Notes: a model not told the origin generated them from the letters alone. Positions 1 to 9,927 are shown, counted from the stretch's first letter. The stretch: 64,000 bases of DNA from a virus (IMGVR_UViG_3300026184_000242:380-64379), one strand, 5' to 3'. Translations and numbers: made by a program.

Positions 1-1614
1 CAGGGCCTTGTTGTTCAGGTCCAGGAGAATGTTGGTGCTGTTCTGGATCACGCCGCCCTGGTCCAAACCACTGGTGATCCGGGCGGAGGTGTTGTCGGCC
101 CCCGTCTCCGAAACCGCCTTCCCAGCCCCGGTCTGGACATCGTTCGCCGTGTTGTTACCGGTGACGTCCGCGCCGGACTCAGCAACCGCCTTCCCAGCCC
201 CGGTCTGGACGTCGCTGGCGGTGTGGCTGCCCGTGACGTCGGCTCCTCCCTCGGCCACGGCGTTGGTCGCCTGGGTCAGGTCCACCAGGCTGTGGTCGAA
301 GTCCCGCGCCGTGGACAGGAGGTTGTTGCCTCCGGCGTCCTTGATGAAGATGCCGTAGTCGGCGCTCCCGGTACCGAGCTTGCCGATGGTCACCCGCTTC
401 ACTGGGGTGGCCTGGCTGTCCACGATGGCTACCTGGGAGTTCGATCCGTCGAGCTGGACGTTGTTGGAGCCGATATAGACCTGGCTGGCGGTTACGGTCC
501 CTGCGGTGATCTTGTCGGCCGACAAGTCGTTCACCTTGGCGTTGGTCACCGCCAGGTTCTGGATCTTGGCGTTGGTGATCGCCGCCCCGGCAATCTTCGC
601 CGTGGTGACGGACAGGTTCTGGATCTTGGCCTCGGTCACCGCCGCGCTGCCGATCTTGGCCGTGGCGATGGCCCCGTCCGCGATTTTCGCCGTGTCCACC
701 GCCACGTCGGCAAGTTTGGCGTTGGTAACCGCCAGGTTGGCGATGGCGGCCGACCCCACCGCCGCGTTCTTGATCTTGGCGCTGGTGATGGCCGCGTCGA
801 TGATGGCGGCCGAGCCGATCACCGCGCTGCCAATCCGGGTGGGATCGGAGAGATAGTCCACCTCGATCCAGGAGCTGCCGTTGTAGCGGTAGACCTTGTC
901 CTGGTCGGTGCGGTAGAAGAACTCGCCGTCGTCGGGGGAGGCCGGGAAGGACGTCCCGGAAGTCCCGGCGAACCATTTGGCCACCTTGGACTGGGTGACG
1001 GCCGAGTTCGCAATCTTGTTCGCGGTGATAATGCTGTCCGTCAGGTCCGCGTTCCCCACCTTCCCGGTGGTGGCCGACACCCAGGTCTTGGAGAAGGGGC
1101 CCTTCTTGGCCGCCTCGTTCACGAACCGCACCCAGTAGAATTTCTGGGTGGCGGCGAGCCCGACGTTGTCCGTGTAGAAGGCCGTGGTGGAGGTGCCCAC
1201 CTTCACCGCCGTGGCCAGGTTGGTAGTGGAGTTGCGCCACACCTCCGTGAAGCTGTGGCTGGCGTACTTGTCGTAGGGGCTGTCCCACTGGAGGATCACG
1301 GACTGGATTGCCGACGTGGCCGTGAGCCCGGTCGGGACCGGGGGCGTCTCCACGGTGGGGGCCGGGTTGGACGGCAGGTAACTCGGAACCTTGGCCCCGG
1401 GCACGATGTTCGTGGACTGCCCGGAACCCTGCCAGGAGGAGGTGGCCAGGCCGATGTCCACCAGGTCCTTGAACCGGACGAAGGACTCGCCGTGCGGGCC
1501 GGACTGGCCCTCGCGCAACATGACCGTGTCCCGCAGCGCCCGCAGGAGGGGCAGGGCCTGGGGGTCCTGGCTTTTGGCCGGGGGCAGCGCCTGGGCCTTG
1601 GTATCCCGGGCCAT
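1..1614 (-). CDS. Tail fibre / host-specificity protein (runs off the left edge)
   Basis: Not in the ORF track; read by hand. ATG at 1614 overlaps the upstream TAA (MARDTKAQALPP...). Contains ~10-aa repeats (AKIQNLAVTN / AKIADGAIAT type) and 24-aa ADVTG repeats typical of phage fibres. Confidence 0.75.
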   Translation of the reverse strand, partial: MARDTKAQALPPAKSQDPQALPLLRALRDTVMLREGQSGPHGESFVRFKDLVDIGLATSSWQGSGQSTNIVPGAKVPSYLPSNPAPTVETPPVPTGLTATSAIQSVILQWDSPYDKYASHSFTEVWRNSTTNLATAVKVGTSTTAFYTDNVGLAATQKFYWVRFVNEAAKKGPFSKTWVSATTGKVGNADLTDSIITANKIANSAVTQSKVAKWFAGTSGTSFPASPDDGEFFYRTDQDKVYRYNGSSWIEVDYLSDPTRIGSAVIGSAAIIDAAITSAKIKNAAVGSAAIANLAVTNAKLADVAVDTAKIADGAIATAKIGSAAVTEAKIQNLSVTTAKIAGAAITNAKIQNLAVTNAKVNDLSADKITAGTVTASQVYIGSNNVQLDGSNSQVAIVDSQATPVKRVTIGKLGTGSADYGIFIKDAGGNNLLSTARDFDHSLVDLTQATNAVAEGGADVTGSHTASDVQTGAGKAVAESGADVTGNNTANDVQTGAGKAVSETGADNTSARITSGLDQGGVIQNSTNILLDLNNKAL

Positions 1615-3434
1615 TAGCCGATCTCCTGGGGCCGCGAGGCGATGGCCACCCGCTGGACTTCGTCCGTCCCTTCCAGTTCGATCTCCCAGTCCCGTGCCCG
1701 GAACCCGGACGGCAGTCGGAAGATGCCGTCACTCTGTACGCGGATTTCCGCGCCGAGCTGGCCGTCCGCGTACAGACGGAATACCAGGTCGTCAAAGCTG
1801 GTGGCGAAAACCCGACCGCAGGTGAAGTTGACCCGCTGCTGGGCCTGGAACACCTTGCTCCGCCACCGGTAGGTCAGGTTGGTCGAGCCGGCGTCCCACT
1901 TCTCGATGGAGCTGGACAGCACCAGGAACAGGCTGTCGTTCACCAGATCCGTGTAGCCCGTGGTGGGGTACAGGTCCGTCTCCGTGAAGGTGGAGGCCGG
2001 GTTCTGGGGGTCCAGGATGATCCCGCCCGTGCTCGCCCCATCCTTCCAGAAGGCGTGGTAGCGGTTGTTGTAGTAGTAGGCGTGGATGGAGGACGGGTTG
2101 TACGCCTGCCACTGGTCCCGGGTGAGAATGTGCTGGGTCAGGAGCTGGCCGCCGCCGGAGCTGATGAACACCAGCCCGTCGGGGCTCGGGTAGATCACCC
2201 CGCTCTGGGTGGAGACAATCCCGCGCTTGCTGACGCAGGCCTGGGGCAGGTCCACCTCCTCCATGGTCATGGAGGCCGGGTCCACCCCCGTGAGCAGGTA
2301 GGGATGGCCCTCCGTCAGGATCACCAGGGTGGTACCGAAGGTCCCCAGGCCGACGATCTGGTAGTTCGTGGACTGGCGATAGGCCGAGGGATAGGTGTGC
2401 GGCAGGTAGGGCTCGGACAGGCAAACCTCGTTGCCAGAAAACCCCGCGAGCACTCCGTTGGCCATCCCCACCAGGCCGATCATGTCGTCCGGCGGCGTGT
2501 TGTAGTGGGCGCTCGGGATCACCTCCCCCAGGAGGGCCGGGGGCACCGAATCGTCGAAGGTGGTGTACCCGATGGCCCGCTCCCCCACGTAGACGTATTC
2601 CCCGTTGGTCGTGCCCGCGTGGTAGCGGTAGACCCTGAACTTGGCCATGTTGTAGGCCCCGGTGGGGGCGTCGGGGATATTGGAGAGGGAGATTCGGGTG
2701 CGGAAATTGCCGTCCGCCGTCGCGTTGCCGATGGATTCGTTGGTGACGATGTTGGTCTGATCGTTGCCGCTGTCGTAGGAGGCCGAGGAGACGGTGTAGT
2801 TGCCGTCGTTGCCCGTACTGCCGACGATGGCCGCCGTATCCCCCGAGCCCCAGCTTGAGGTCTGGTCCCCGCTCACCGTCACCGTATTGCTCCCGGTGGC
2901 CACGGCGACGATGTCGTGGTCCCTCCAGTAGGCCGACACCACCGCGCTCGGATCGGAAGGCTGGCCCTCCTCGCCGTAGTCGCTGACATAGGTGGTGACG
3001 TAGGCGATGTCCTCCTTGTTGGCCGGGTCCGAGCTGTCCTGGAAGGACAGCGTGGGGCCATTGGCCGGCTTGGGGACCTCCAGGAGGTACTCGGTGGAGG
3101 GATAGGGATGGGCCCCCGTGGCCACCGTGTGGTCCGTCTTTTTGGGTTTGCCGTCCCCAGTCCAGTAGACGCGCTTGTAGCTGTCGTTGGCGATGGGGGA
3201 GCGCACCACGTCCACGTCCTGGTTCCACTCGAACCAGTAGTTCCACTGGTAGTGGTAGATCGTGGTGGGGGTGGCCACGGTGACGTTGTACGCCTGGTCG
3301 GCGGTGCCCTTCCAGGGCTCCAGGCTCCCGGTCCACAGGCGCGTGTTGGTCGCCGTCTGCGCCTGGTGGCTGTCCAGGAGCTTGGGGTCCTTGGCCGGCA
3401 GCATGCCCGCGAAGCCCTCGATCTGGACCTTCAT
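1614..3434 (-). CDS. Tail nozzle / tubular (stabilisation) protein
   Basis: 606 aa, beta-rich. C-terminal SEPYLPHTYP...CVSKRGIV...YPSPDGLV pattern of podovirus tail tubular proteins; lies before the fibre gene. Confidence 0.7.
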   Translation of the reverse strand: MKVQIEGFAGMLPAKDPKLLDSHQAQTATNTRLWTGSLEPWKGTADQAYNVTVATPTTIYHYQWNYWFEWNQDVDVVRSPIANDSYKRVYWTGDGKPKKTDHTVATGAHPYPSTEYLLEVPKPANGPTLSFQDSSDPANKEDIAYVTTYVSDYGEEGQPSDPSAVVSAYWRDHDIVAVATGSNTVTVSGDQTSSWGSGDTAAIVGSTGNDGNYTVSSASYDSGNDQTNIVTNESIGNATADGNFRTRISLSNIPDAPTGAYNMAKFRVYRYHAGTTNGEYVYVGERAIGYTTFDDSVPPALLGEVIPSAHYNTPPDDMIGLVGMANGVLAGFSGNEVCLSEPYLPHTYPSAYRQSTNYQIVGLGTFGTTLVILTEGHPYLLTGVDPASMTMEEVDLPQACVSKRGIVSTQSGVIYPSPDGLVFISSGGGQLLTQHILTRDQWQAYNPSSIHAYYYNNRYHAFWKDGASTGGIILDPQNPASTFTETDLYPTTGYTDLVNDSLFLVLSSSIEKWDAGSTNLTYRWRSKVFQAQQRVNFTCGRVFATSFDDLVFRLYADGQLGAEIRVQSDGIFRLPSGFRARDWEIELEGTDEVQRVAIASRPQEIG

Positions 3435-3733
3435 TCCGCAAGCACCTTGAGGAAGCCCACCAGGACGAGGGTGTTGCCGTTGGAGGTGGACACCGTGCAG
3501 ACGAGCTTATAGGTCACTCCCCCCGTTCCGGCGCTGATGGAGGCCTGGACGGAGGGGTCGTTGACCGAGCCCGCCCCGACCGTAAGGCCGGTTGTCTCCG
3601 AGCCCGAAAAGACGCTGTTGCTGATGGAGGAGACGGAGGCGACGGAGTCCCCGTTCTCCAGAAGGTTGGAGAAGTCGAAGTCGTACTTGCGGGCTTCGGA
3701 CTGATACTTCTCCAAGGTTTGGCTGATCGGCAT
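3431..3733 (-). CDS. Fibre/tail adaptor-like small virion protein
   Basis: 100 aa with KYDFDFS...GGVTYKLVCTVSTSNG; coupled to both neighbours. Confidence 0.55.
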   Translation of the reverse strand: MPISQTLEKYQSEARKYDFDFSNLLENGDSVASVSSISNSVFSGSETTGLTVGAGSVNDPSVQASISAGTGGVTYKLVCTVSTSNGNTLVLVGFLKVLAE

Positions 3734-3737
3734 AGCT

Positions 3738-6700
3738 CTACCCCTTCCAGGACGTGGAGCGCCCGGGTCCGGTCCATTTGGTCAGCCGCAATTCCGAGCC
3801 CCATACGGTGGGCCGGGCCAGGGCCACCCAGCTTTCTGCGGGGCCCTTGGGCAGGTAGCCCACTCGGAAGGCCTGCGCCGTGACGGAGGCGTACCCGGCC
3901 TGCGCGGTGCCGGTGGCGGCCTGGGACTGGCTCTGCGTGGAGGAAACCGTCGCGTCCGAGGCCTGGACGGCGGCGGTGCCCTGGCGGACGAAAATACCCT
4001 TGGCGGTGCTGGTGGCCGGCTGGGCGGAGACTGCGGCGGTACCAGTGCGCTTCCCCAGGAACAGCCCGGTTGCGGACACCGTTGCCGGATCGGCGGCTAC
4101 TGCTGCCGTCCCGGTACGCTTGCCGAGGAACTGCCCGGTGCCGGCCGTGGTGGCCGGTTGTGCAGAGGCGGTCGCCGTGGCGGTGAGGCTCTTTGTCGCC
4201 GTGGCGGCTGCGGTCGCCGGTTGCGCCGAGACGGTGGCGGTTGCGGTGAGATTCTTGGTCGCCGCGCCGACCGTGCCGGAGGCGCTGACAGTGGCCGCCT
4301 GGGCCGTGGCCGCCCCAGTGGCGGTCCAGGTGACGGTGCCCGAGGCCGTGGCGGTGGCCGGTTGCGCCGCTGCGGCGGCAGTACCGGTCTGGGTGGCGAA
4401 GGCGCTGCCCGACGCGCTGACGGTGGCGTCCTGGGCGCTTGCGGCGGCGGTGGCCGTTCGCACCCGGCCGGCGCTACCTGCGGTCGTGGCGTCCCCGGCC
4501 TGCGCGGCCCCCTGGGCGTCGATGGCTCCGGTGGGGTCCTGGAAGAACAGGGTTGGGACGTTGACGTCGGCCGGGGGCGGGGTAACGACGTCCAGGGTCA
4601 TCCCCATGGTGTCGTAGTGGAGCAGGTTGGCCACCAGATAGGCGCTGGACTCCAGAAGCTCCAGGCTGTTGTTCCAGGTCTCCGTGGTGTTGGAGCTGGT
4701 CACCCCGTCGGCAAAGTAGGTGCCCACCGACCGGTCATTGCCGGCCCCTCCGGCCATGAGCAGGGAGGCGGACTCGGCATGGGCTCCCGTCACCCAGGTG
4801 CCTGCTGTCCCGACCTTGGAGGCCAGACCCACCAGGCCCTTGGCCTGGAAGCCCTGCCCGGGGGTGTAGCTGGTGGTCCCCGAGTCGGTGCTGGCGATCA
4901 CCGTGGTGGCGCTGGCCACCTGCCCGGACCCCCACCGCAGGGCCAGGTAGGGGATCAGGGCCCCGCCCGAATCGCCCCGGGTGGGGTTGATCCCGAGTGT
5001 GAACCCGTCCGATGCCCACGAGCTGACGTTGGCGGACCACCCCCAGCCACCCGCGCCGTCGCAGCTCCCCGCCACCTCGCTCTGGTCCCAAATCTCCTGG
5101 ACGTCGGTGGGATTCGCGCCGCTCGCCGTGTAGCGGAGGAGGCAGTTGGCCCCGCCGGAGGGCGTATCCCAGCCGAAGGACAGGGTGCCGTCCGCCGTCA
5201 CCGAGCTGGCCGCGAAGGCGGTCTGGTTGGTATTGGCGAACAGCACGGCGCTGGGGGAGAAGCCCGTCGTCACCGAGGAGGAGCTTCCGGCCACACCCCC
5301 GGTAACGTAGCCGGCCTGGGCCTGGACCGAGTCTCCGGCGAATAGCTGCACCACCACGGTGTCGCCGTCCTGAGCCACCCCGAAGTCGAGCTGGATCCCC
5401 GTCTGCCCATTACCGGAGTCCGCAATCCAGGCATTGAAGGCGGCCTGGGTCTTGCGGTTGAAGCTGGAGAGGTCGTAGAGCCAGCGGACCGCGCAGTTGG
5501 TGTTGTCGAGCGCCCGCGCGGTGGCCGCCCCGCTGCTGCCGTCCTGGCCCATTAGGGTGGCCGTGAACTGGCTGGTCCCGTCGGTGAAGCCGACGCTCAG
5601 GTTCTCCCCCGAAGCAACCGCGCCAGCTCCGCCGATGTGGCTGACGAAGATCAGCGCCGCCTTGGGCGTCTTGCCCCCCAGGGCGGAGGTGGTGATGTCT
5701 AGGGTGCCCGGCGTGGTCGGCGCGGTAGCCACCACCGTGGCGACGTGAACGTCCGTGGTCCGGGACGCCTCCGCGCTGACGGTTGCGTCGGAGGCCTGAG
5801 CCGCCCCGGACCCGGTGATGTCGGGGCCGCCCGCCGCCGGGTCCTCGAAGGCTATGGTCGGGAAGTAGAGGGTCGCCCCAGGGCTGGTGCCAACATTCAG
5901 CGCGAAGCCGTCCGCCTGGATGGAGCCGAAGGTGCCGCTCCAGATCGTGGCCGGCGTCACCTCGTCCATGATCTCCCAGTGGTCGTGGAATACCGTCCAC
6001 GTGGACTCCCGGGAGCTGGTCGAGGCGGCCAGGGCAGGAATGGGGTTGAGAGCCCCCATATTGCCCTGTGCGTCGAGCATGGCCAGGCCATGTCCGCAGG
6101 CCTGGGTGACGTCGTAATAGAGGTTGTCAGTGGCCTCCGCTCGCGTCAGGTAGCCGAATACCGCCTGGGGCTGGAAACCGTAGCCGGTGAACGAGGTCGT
6201 GCCACTGTCGGCGGAGCCCACGGACTGGATCACCGAGGCAATTTGGGAGTTGGAGCCCCACTGGATCGCCAGCCAGTACAGGTAGGTCAGGCTGTAGTAG
6301 CTGGCGGACGGGGTGACCGAGAACCCCGAGGCATCAAAATTGCTGATGGTGTAGTAGAAATCGAGGGAGCCGGTGTTCATGCCACCGACCGCCCCGCTGG
6401 TTATGATCTCCTGGGTGTCCTCTTCCGAGGTGGAGGAATAGCCGCCCTTGACGTTGCTGACCACCGACGTCTGCGTTGGCCCGCCATCGTTGATGGCCCA
6501 GCCTAGCGAGGTCCACCAGAAATACCCCTCCGGGGCGTTGAGGGTGGAGGCCTCCACGTAGTTGAACAGCACCGCGTCCGGGGTGAACCCCGGGGCTGTC
6601 ACGTTCTGGGTGGCGGTGGAGCTGGCCGGCATGTCGGTCCGGCCGTGCTTGACCTGGAGGTCGGCACCGGCCAGGAAAAGGACCTGGAAGTAGGCCCCGC

Positions 6701-7076
6701 TCGTGACCGTGTCCATTTGCAGGGTCACCCCATTGGTGATCCAGGCGCTGAATGCCCCCTGCACGTCCCAAATGAAATCGTTGGTCCCCTGGTTCGCGTG
6801 GCCGGCCCGCAGGCAGTAGGACTCCGTCTGCTCCGTGCGGGTGAAGTTGATGTAGTCGTCGTTCTTGGCCGCCACGCAAGACTGGGAGTTGCCGTCGGTG
6901 GAGCCGATGGAGTAGATGGCATCGACAACGGTGCTGTTCACCGTCGTGTTGCGCGAGCCCAGGAAGATCGCCGCCTTGGGGGTTAGCCCGCCCAGGTCGG
7001 TGGTGGTGAAGTCATGGGTGCCGGTGGCGGAGGGGCACGTAAAGGTGGCCACCACCGCTTTTAGTTGCTCGGCCAT
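3738..7076 (-). CDS. Large virion fibre-like protein with duplicated domain and Ala/Thr repeat stalk
   Basis: 1112 aa. Two related domains (DLGGLTPKAAIF / ALGGKTPKAALIF) followed by ~23-aa A/T/G repeats. Confidence 0.6.
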   Translation of the reverse strand: MAEQLKAVVATFTCPSATGTHDFTTTDLGGLTPKAAIFLGSRNTTVNSTVVDAIYSIGSTDGNSQSCVAAKNDDYINFTRTEQTESYCLRAGHANQGTNDFIWDVQGAFSAWITNGVTLQMDTVTSGAYFQVLFLAGADLQVKHGRTDMPASSTATQNVTAPGFTPDAVLFNYVEASTLNAPEGYFWWTSLGWAINDGGPTQTSVVSNVKGGYSSTSEEDTQEIITSGAVGGMNTGSLDFYYTISNFDASGFSVTPSASYYSLTYLYWLAIQWGSNSQIASVIQSVGSADSGTTSFTGYGFQPQAVFGYLTRAEATDNLYYDVTQACGHGLAMLDAQGNMGALNPIPALAASTSSRESTWTVFHDHWEIMDEVTPATIWSGTFGSIQADGFALNVGTSPGATLYFPTIAFEDPAAGGPDITGSGAAQASDATVSAEASRTTDVHVATVVATAPTTPGTLDITTSALGGKTPKAALIFVSHIGGAGAVASGENLSVGFTDGTSQFTATLMGQDGSSGAATARALDNTNCAVRWLYDLSSFNRKTQAAFNAWIADSGNGQTGIQLDFGVAQDGDTVVVQLFAGDSVQAQAGYVTGGVAGSSSSVTTGFSPSAVLFANTNQTAFAASSVTADGTLSFGWDTPSGGANCLLRYTASGANPTDVQEIWDQSEVAGSCDGAGGWGWSANVSSWASDGFTLGINPTRGDSGGALIPYLALRWGSGQVASATTVIASTDSGTTSYTPGQGFQAKGLVGLASKVGTAGTWVTGAHAESASLLMAGGAGNDRSVGTYFADGVTSSNTTETWNNSLELLESSAYLVANLLHYDTMGMTLDVVTPPPADVNVPTLFFQDPTGAIDAQGAAQAGDATTAGSAGRVRTATAAASAQDATVSASGSAFATQTGTAAAAAQPATATASGTVTWTATGAATAQAATVSASGTVGAATKNLTATATVSAQPATAAATATKSLTATATASAQPATTAGTGQFLGKRTGTAAVAADPATVSATGLFLGKRTGTAAVSAQPATSTAKGIFVRQGTAAVQASDATVSSTQSQSQAATGTAQAGYASVTAQAFRVGYLPKGPAESWVALARPTVWGSELRLTKWTGPGRSTSWKG

Positions 7077-7751
7077 TTACGCCCCTCGCTGTTTTCGCGC
7101 TTCCCGGCAGAATCTCCGATACAGGGCCCGCGCCAGCCGCGCCCGGCCCGGGTCCAGGGCCTCCAGGTCCCCCCATCCAATCGGGCCCGCCCGGTGGGTG
7201 GCGCTCGTCGGATTGGGGATCGGTACCTGGGGCATGGCGCATTGCCATCCCAGGGTCTGGCGGATCAGCGGCCAGTGTTTCGGTATCCGCTCCAGCTCCA
7301 GGCGCAGGCCCTGCGGCGGGGTCTGCTCCCAGACGCGCCAGTGCGTCTCCAGCCAGACCACCAGGCCGTAGTGGAGTAGGTCGCCATTGGTCGCGCCCTG
7401 GGGGGAGGCCGGCACGTCGTAGCCGAGCTGGTGGAACCAGCCGAGGAAGCGGTCCCGACCGGTCAGGAACCAGGCCAACGAGGGCACCGCCGTCAACGGG
7501 TGGCGCATGAGCCACCAGCGGTGATCGAACTCGTAGGCGTCGGGGTGATTGGATGGTATGGGGTACCAGTGATGCCGGCTGTGGAAGAAGCCGGTGCAAA
7601 GCCCGAAGGCGTCGGGCCGCTCATGCCCGATATGGGCTCCCGCGCGGCGCAGGAGGTTGGAGAGGTAAGTGGTGCCCCCTTTTGGGCAGCCCTGGATCAG
7701 TAGCGTCTTGTGGCCGCCCTCAGAAACTAGCTGCGGCTCGAACTGGCTCAT
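7077..7751 (-). CDS. Sulfotransferase-like P-loop protein
   Basis: IQGCPKGGTTYL (5'-PSB-like motif) and LMRHPLTAVPS (3'-PB-like motif). Confidence 0.6.
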   Translation of the reverse strand: MSQFEPQLVSEGGHKTLLIQGCPKGGTTYLSNLLRRAGAHIGHERPDAFGLCTGFFHSRHHWYPIPSNHPDAYEFDHRWWLMRHPLTAVPSLAWFLTGRDRFLGWFHQLGYDVPASPQGATNGDLLHYGLVVWLETHWRVWEQTPPQGLRLELERIPKHWPLIRQTLGWQCAMPQVPIPNPTSATHRAGPIGWGDLEALDPGRARLARALYRRFCREARKQRGA

Positions 7752-8571
7752 AGCCCAGCATCTGCATTACCTCGCGGTGATCGGCCTCCAGCTTTTCCAC
7801 GATTTCGCGCGGGACCACCTCCTGCCAGCCGCCGGCCGTGCCACGCTTGAAGAAGTCGCCGGCCTTGGGGCTCGCCTCGCGGAAGCCGTTCTCCTGCTCC
7901 TGGCGGCGCAGGTGGTCGAAGCTGGCCAGCTCCACGGCGAGGTCCAGGCGCTCCTCGTCAACCGAGAGGCCGAGGTGCTCCAGCACCTGCTGGAACTCGC
8001 CCCGGGGGTCCTCCAGGAGGTCCTCGTAGCGCAAAACCTTGACGGGGATGGACTCCTGCTCGGCCCAGCTCCGCACGTGCTGGGACCACGTGGTCAGGTG
8101 GTGATAGATGCCCAGGTTGCCCTGGTCCAGACAGGACCCCATGTTGTTCATGGACTCGGCCGCCTGCTCCAGGGTGTGCCCCATGTGGTCGGCGTAGCTC
8201 ACCAGCACGTCCCTGGGGTCGCGGACCACGTAGACCGAGGGCCCGGACATTTCCTGGGGGATCAGGTCCACCGACCCCGCCCGCACGTTGGCGTTGTGGG
8301 ATTTCAGGACCACGGGGTTGTGCGGGAACCGGGCGATGATATGGGCCAGGGCGGCATGGCGCAGGAACAGGATCTCGGCCGGCGTCATGTCCTTGAGCTG
8401 GGTCGGGGCCACCGTGTGATAGGCGTACGGCTGGCAATCCCCCACCACGATCTCCCCCGACATATTGATGTCCAGGGTCCCCCACCGGTAGGCGGTCAGC
8501 ATCATCCGGACCCAGGTGTTGCCGGATTTCGGCCAGCTCGCCAGCCAGCTCACTTGCCGTAGAACCCCCAT
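7720..8571 (-). CDS. PAPS-dependent sulfotransferase (Sulfotransfer_1-like)
   Basis: WLASWPKSGNTWVR, YVVRDPRDVLVS, LRYEDL and FFKRGTAGGW are canonical sulfotransferase motifs; RBS GGAGGACGCCATG. Confidence 0.9.
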   Translation of the reverse strand: MGVLRQVSWLASWPKSGNTWVRMMLTAYRWGTLDINMSGEIVVGDCQPYAYHTVAPTQLKDMTPAEILFLRHAALAHIIARFPHNPVVLKSHNANVRAGSVDLIPQEMSGPSVYVVRDPRDVLVSYADHMGHTLEQAAESMNNMGSCLDQGNLGIYHHLTTWSQHVRSWAEQESIPVKVLRYEDLLEDPRGEFQQVLEHLGLSVDEERLDLAVELASFDHLRRQEQENGFREASPKAGDFFKRGTAGGWQEVVPREIVEKLEADHREVMQMLGYEPVRAAASF

Positions 8572-8580
8572 GGCGTCCTC

Positions 8581-8970
8581 CTAGTTCGGCGCAGAATAGG
8601 TAAACGAGGTGATCTGGATTTTATCGCCGCTGGCGATGTTGGTGTTGGACAGGTTCAGGTCGGAGCCGGTGGTGGCCACCGCCCCGGTGAACATGGTGGA
8701 GTCGTCCCGATCCCGGATCTTGAACTCGGCCGCCGTGCCCGTGGCGGTGGCGGTTCCCGAGGGCGAACCGTTCATGGTCGCGGTCCCACCGGAGGCGGCC
8801 CCGAAGGCCGGGTTCTGGAGCGGGATGGAAACCAGGGTGGTTGGGGTGCCTCCCCCGGTGGTGATGATCAGATTACCCACCGTGGTGGCGGTGGCGGTTC
8901 CGGTGTCCACCTGATCCACGACGTTGTTCGCCAAGCCGTTTCGGATCGTGGCCGGATGGGTGATGGCCAT
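8581..8970 (-). CDS. Small virion structural protein (fibre module)
   Basis: 129 aa, T/A/G-rich; GTAAEFKI...DLNLSNTNIASGDKIQITSFT. Confidence 0.55.
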   Translation of the reverse strand: MAITHPATIRNGLANNVVDQVDTGTATATTVGNLIITTGGGTPTTLVSIPLQNPAFGAASGGTATMNGSPSGTATATGTAAEFKIRDRDDSTMFTGAVATTGSDLNLSNTNIASGDKIQITSFTYSAPN

Positions 8971-8973
8971 GGG

Positions 8974-9144
8974 TTATTCCTCCTGGAACATGCGGTGGTT
9001 GGGGTAGCGGGCCCGCAGGTATTCCCGGTCCTGATCGCTCAGGTGGGGCCACACGCGCCGTAATTGGTTGGGGGACACCTTGGGACGGCCGTCACGGTCC
9101 CGGACCACGAGAAAGCCGTCCGTTCGCGCCTTTGGGCGGTTCAT
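8974..9144 (-). CDS. Hypothetical protein, 56 aa
   Basis: Read by hand (MNRPKARTDG...). ATGA overlap with the upstream gene; fills the operon gap. Confidence 0.5.
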   Translation of the reverse strand: MNRPKARTDGFLVVRDRDGRPKVSPNQLRRVWPHLSDQDREYLRARYPNHRMFQEE

Positions 9145-9356
9145 CCCTTCTCCTTCACGCGCTTGGCGATCACCGTGGCCAGGTCCTTGTCCGCCTGATC
9201 GAGCTGACTAAAGGCGTGGTCCACCTCCTTGTCCGTCAGGTCCCGGCCTTGCTCGTGGGCGGTCTGGATCACCTGCATCATTTGCCGGAGCTGGACGGCC
9301 TCCATACCGATACCCATGAGGGCGTTGAGGATCTTGATGGCGCTGAGTACCGTCAT
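9141..9356 (-). CDS. Lysis-cassette small protein
   Basis: 71 aa, amphipathic N-terminus, overlaps the lipoprotein stop codon. Confidence 0.5.
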   Translation of the reverse strand: MTVLSAIKILNALMGIGMEAVQLRQMMQVIQTAHEQGRDLTDKEVDHAFSQLDQADKDLATVIAKRVKEKG

Positions 9357-9691
9357 TTCGAGGACTTCTCCTGCTGGAGCTGCTGCTGGATCCGGGCCAG
9401 GGTCTGCTGCATCTTCCGGAGCTGGACCATGGTGTCGGCCGGCACCTTCTTGTCGCTGTGGACAGCCGCATGAGCCGTATCCAGGGCCGGCTTGAACTTG
9501 TGGAGCGTGGCCTGGATCTTCTTGGCCTGCTCCAGGCTGATGGTATGGGAGCGCAGGAGGTCCGCCGTGGTGCGGGCGGTACTGGCGTAGAGCGCCGCCG
9601 CCGCGTAGACGTTCTGCCGGGGCGTCTCCGGAGCCGTTTGACAGCCCACCAGGGTGAAGGCGAGGAAGGCTGCCAGGATAAGGGGGCGCAC
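9353..9691 (-). CDS. Lipoprotein (possible spanin-like)
   Basis: GTG start at 9691; signal peptide and lipobox MRPLILAAFLAFTLVG-C; helical C-terminus. Confidence 0.65.
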   Translation of the reverse strand: MRPLILAAFLAFTLVGCQTAPETPRQNVYAAAALYASTARTTADLLRSHTISLEQAKKIQATLHKFKPALDTAHAAVHSDKKVPADTMVQLRKMQQTLARIQQQLQQEKSSK

Positions 9692-9693
9692 GG

Positions 9694-9927
9694 TTAGCCC
9701 TTCTGGCCCTTGCGGGCGGAGGCGTTGTCGGGATTCATGGCCAGGCGGTCCAGGATCTTCTGGAGCCGGCCCACGAACTGCTTCACCTTGCCCGCGAATT
9801 TGTCGTCCGCCGTGTTCGGCGTGACCTTGGCGAAGGCGCGGATGGCGGCGGAAACCGCCGAGGCCACGCCCACGATGCTCGCCAGGAAGGCGATGATCTC
9901 CTGGTAGTGCTGCATGAGGAACTGCAT
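9694..9927 (-). CDS. Putative holin
   Basis: 77 aa, N-terminal TM segment, TPNTADD motif, basic tail; adjacent to the putative endolysin. Confidence 0.6.
   Translation of the reverse strand: MQFLMQHYQEIIAFLASIVGVASAVSAAIRAFAKVTPNTADDKFAGKVKQFVGRLQKILDRLAMNPDNASARKGQKG

Noticed and set aside
112-240. 72-bp-period direct repeat as a possible DGR template/variable pair
   Set aside because: It is an in-frame fibre repeat, and no reverse transcriptase was recognised in the window.
179-1795. 538-aa minus ORF and 464-aa plus ORF from the track
   Set aside because: Shadow frames of the real tail fibre, which starts at 1614 and runs off the edge.
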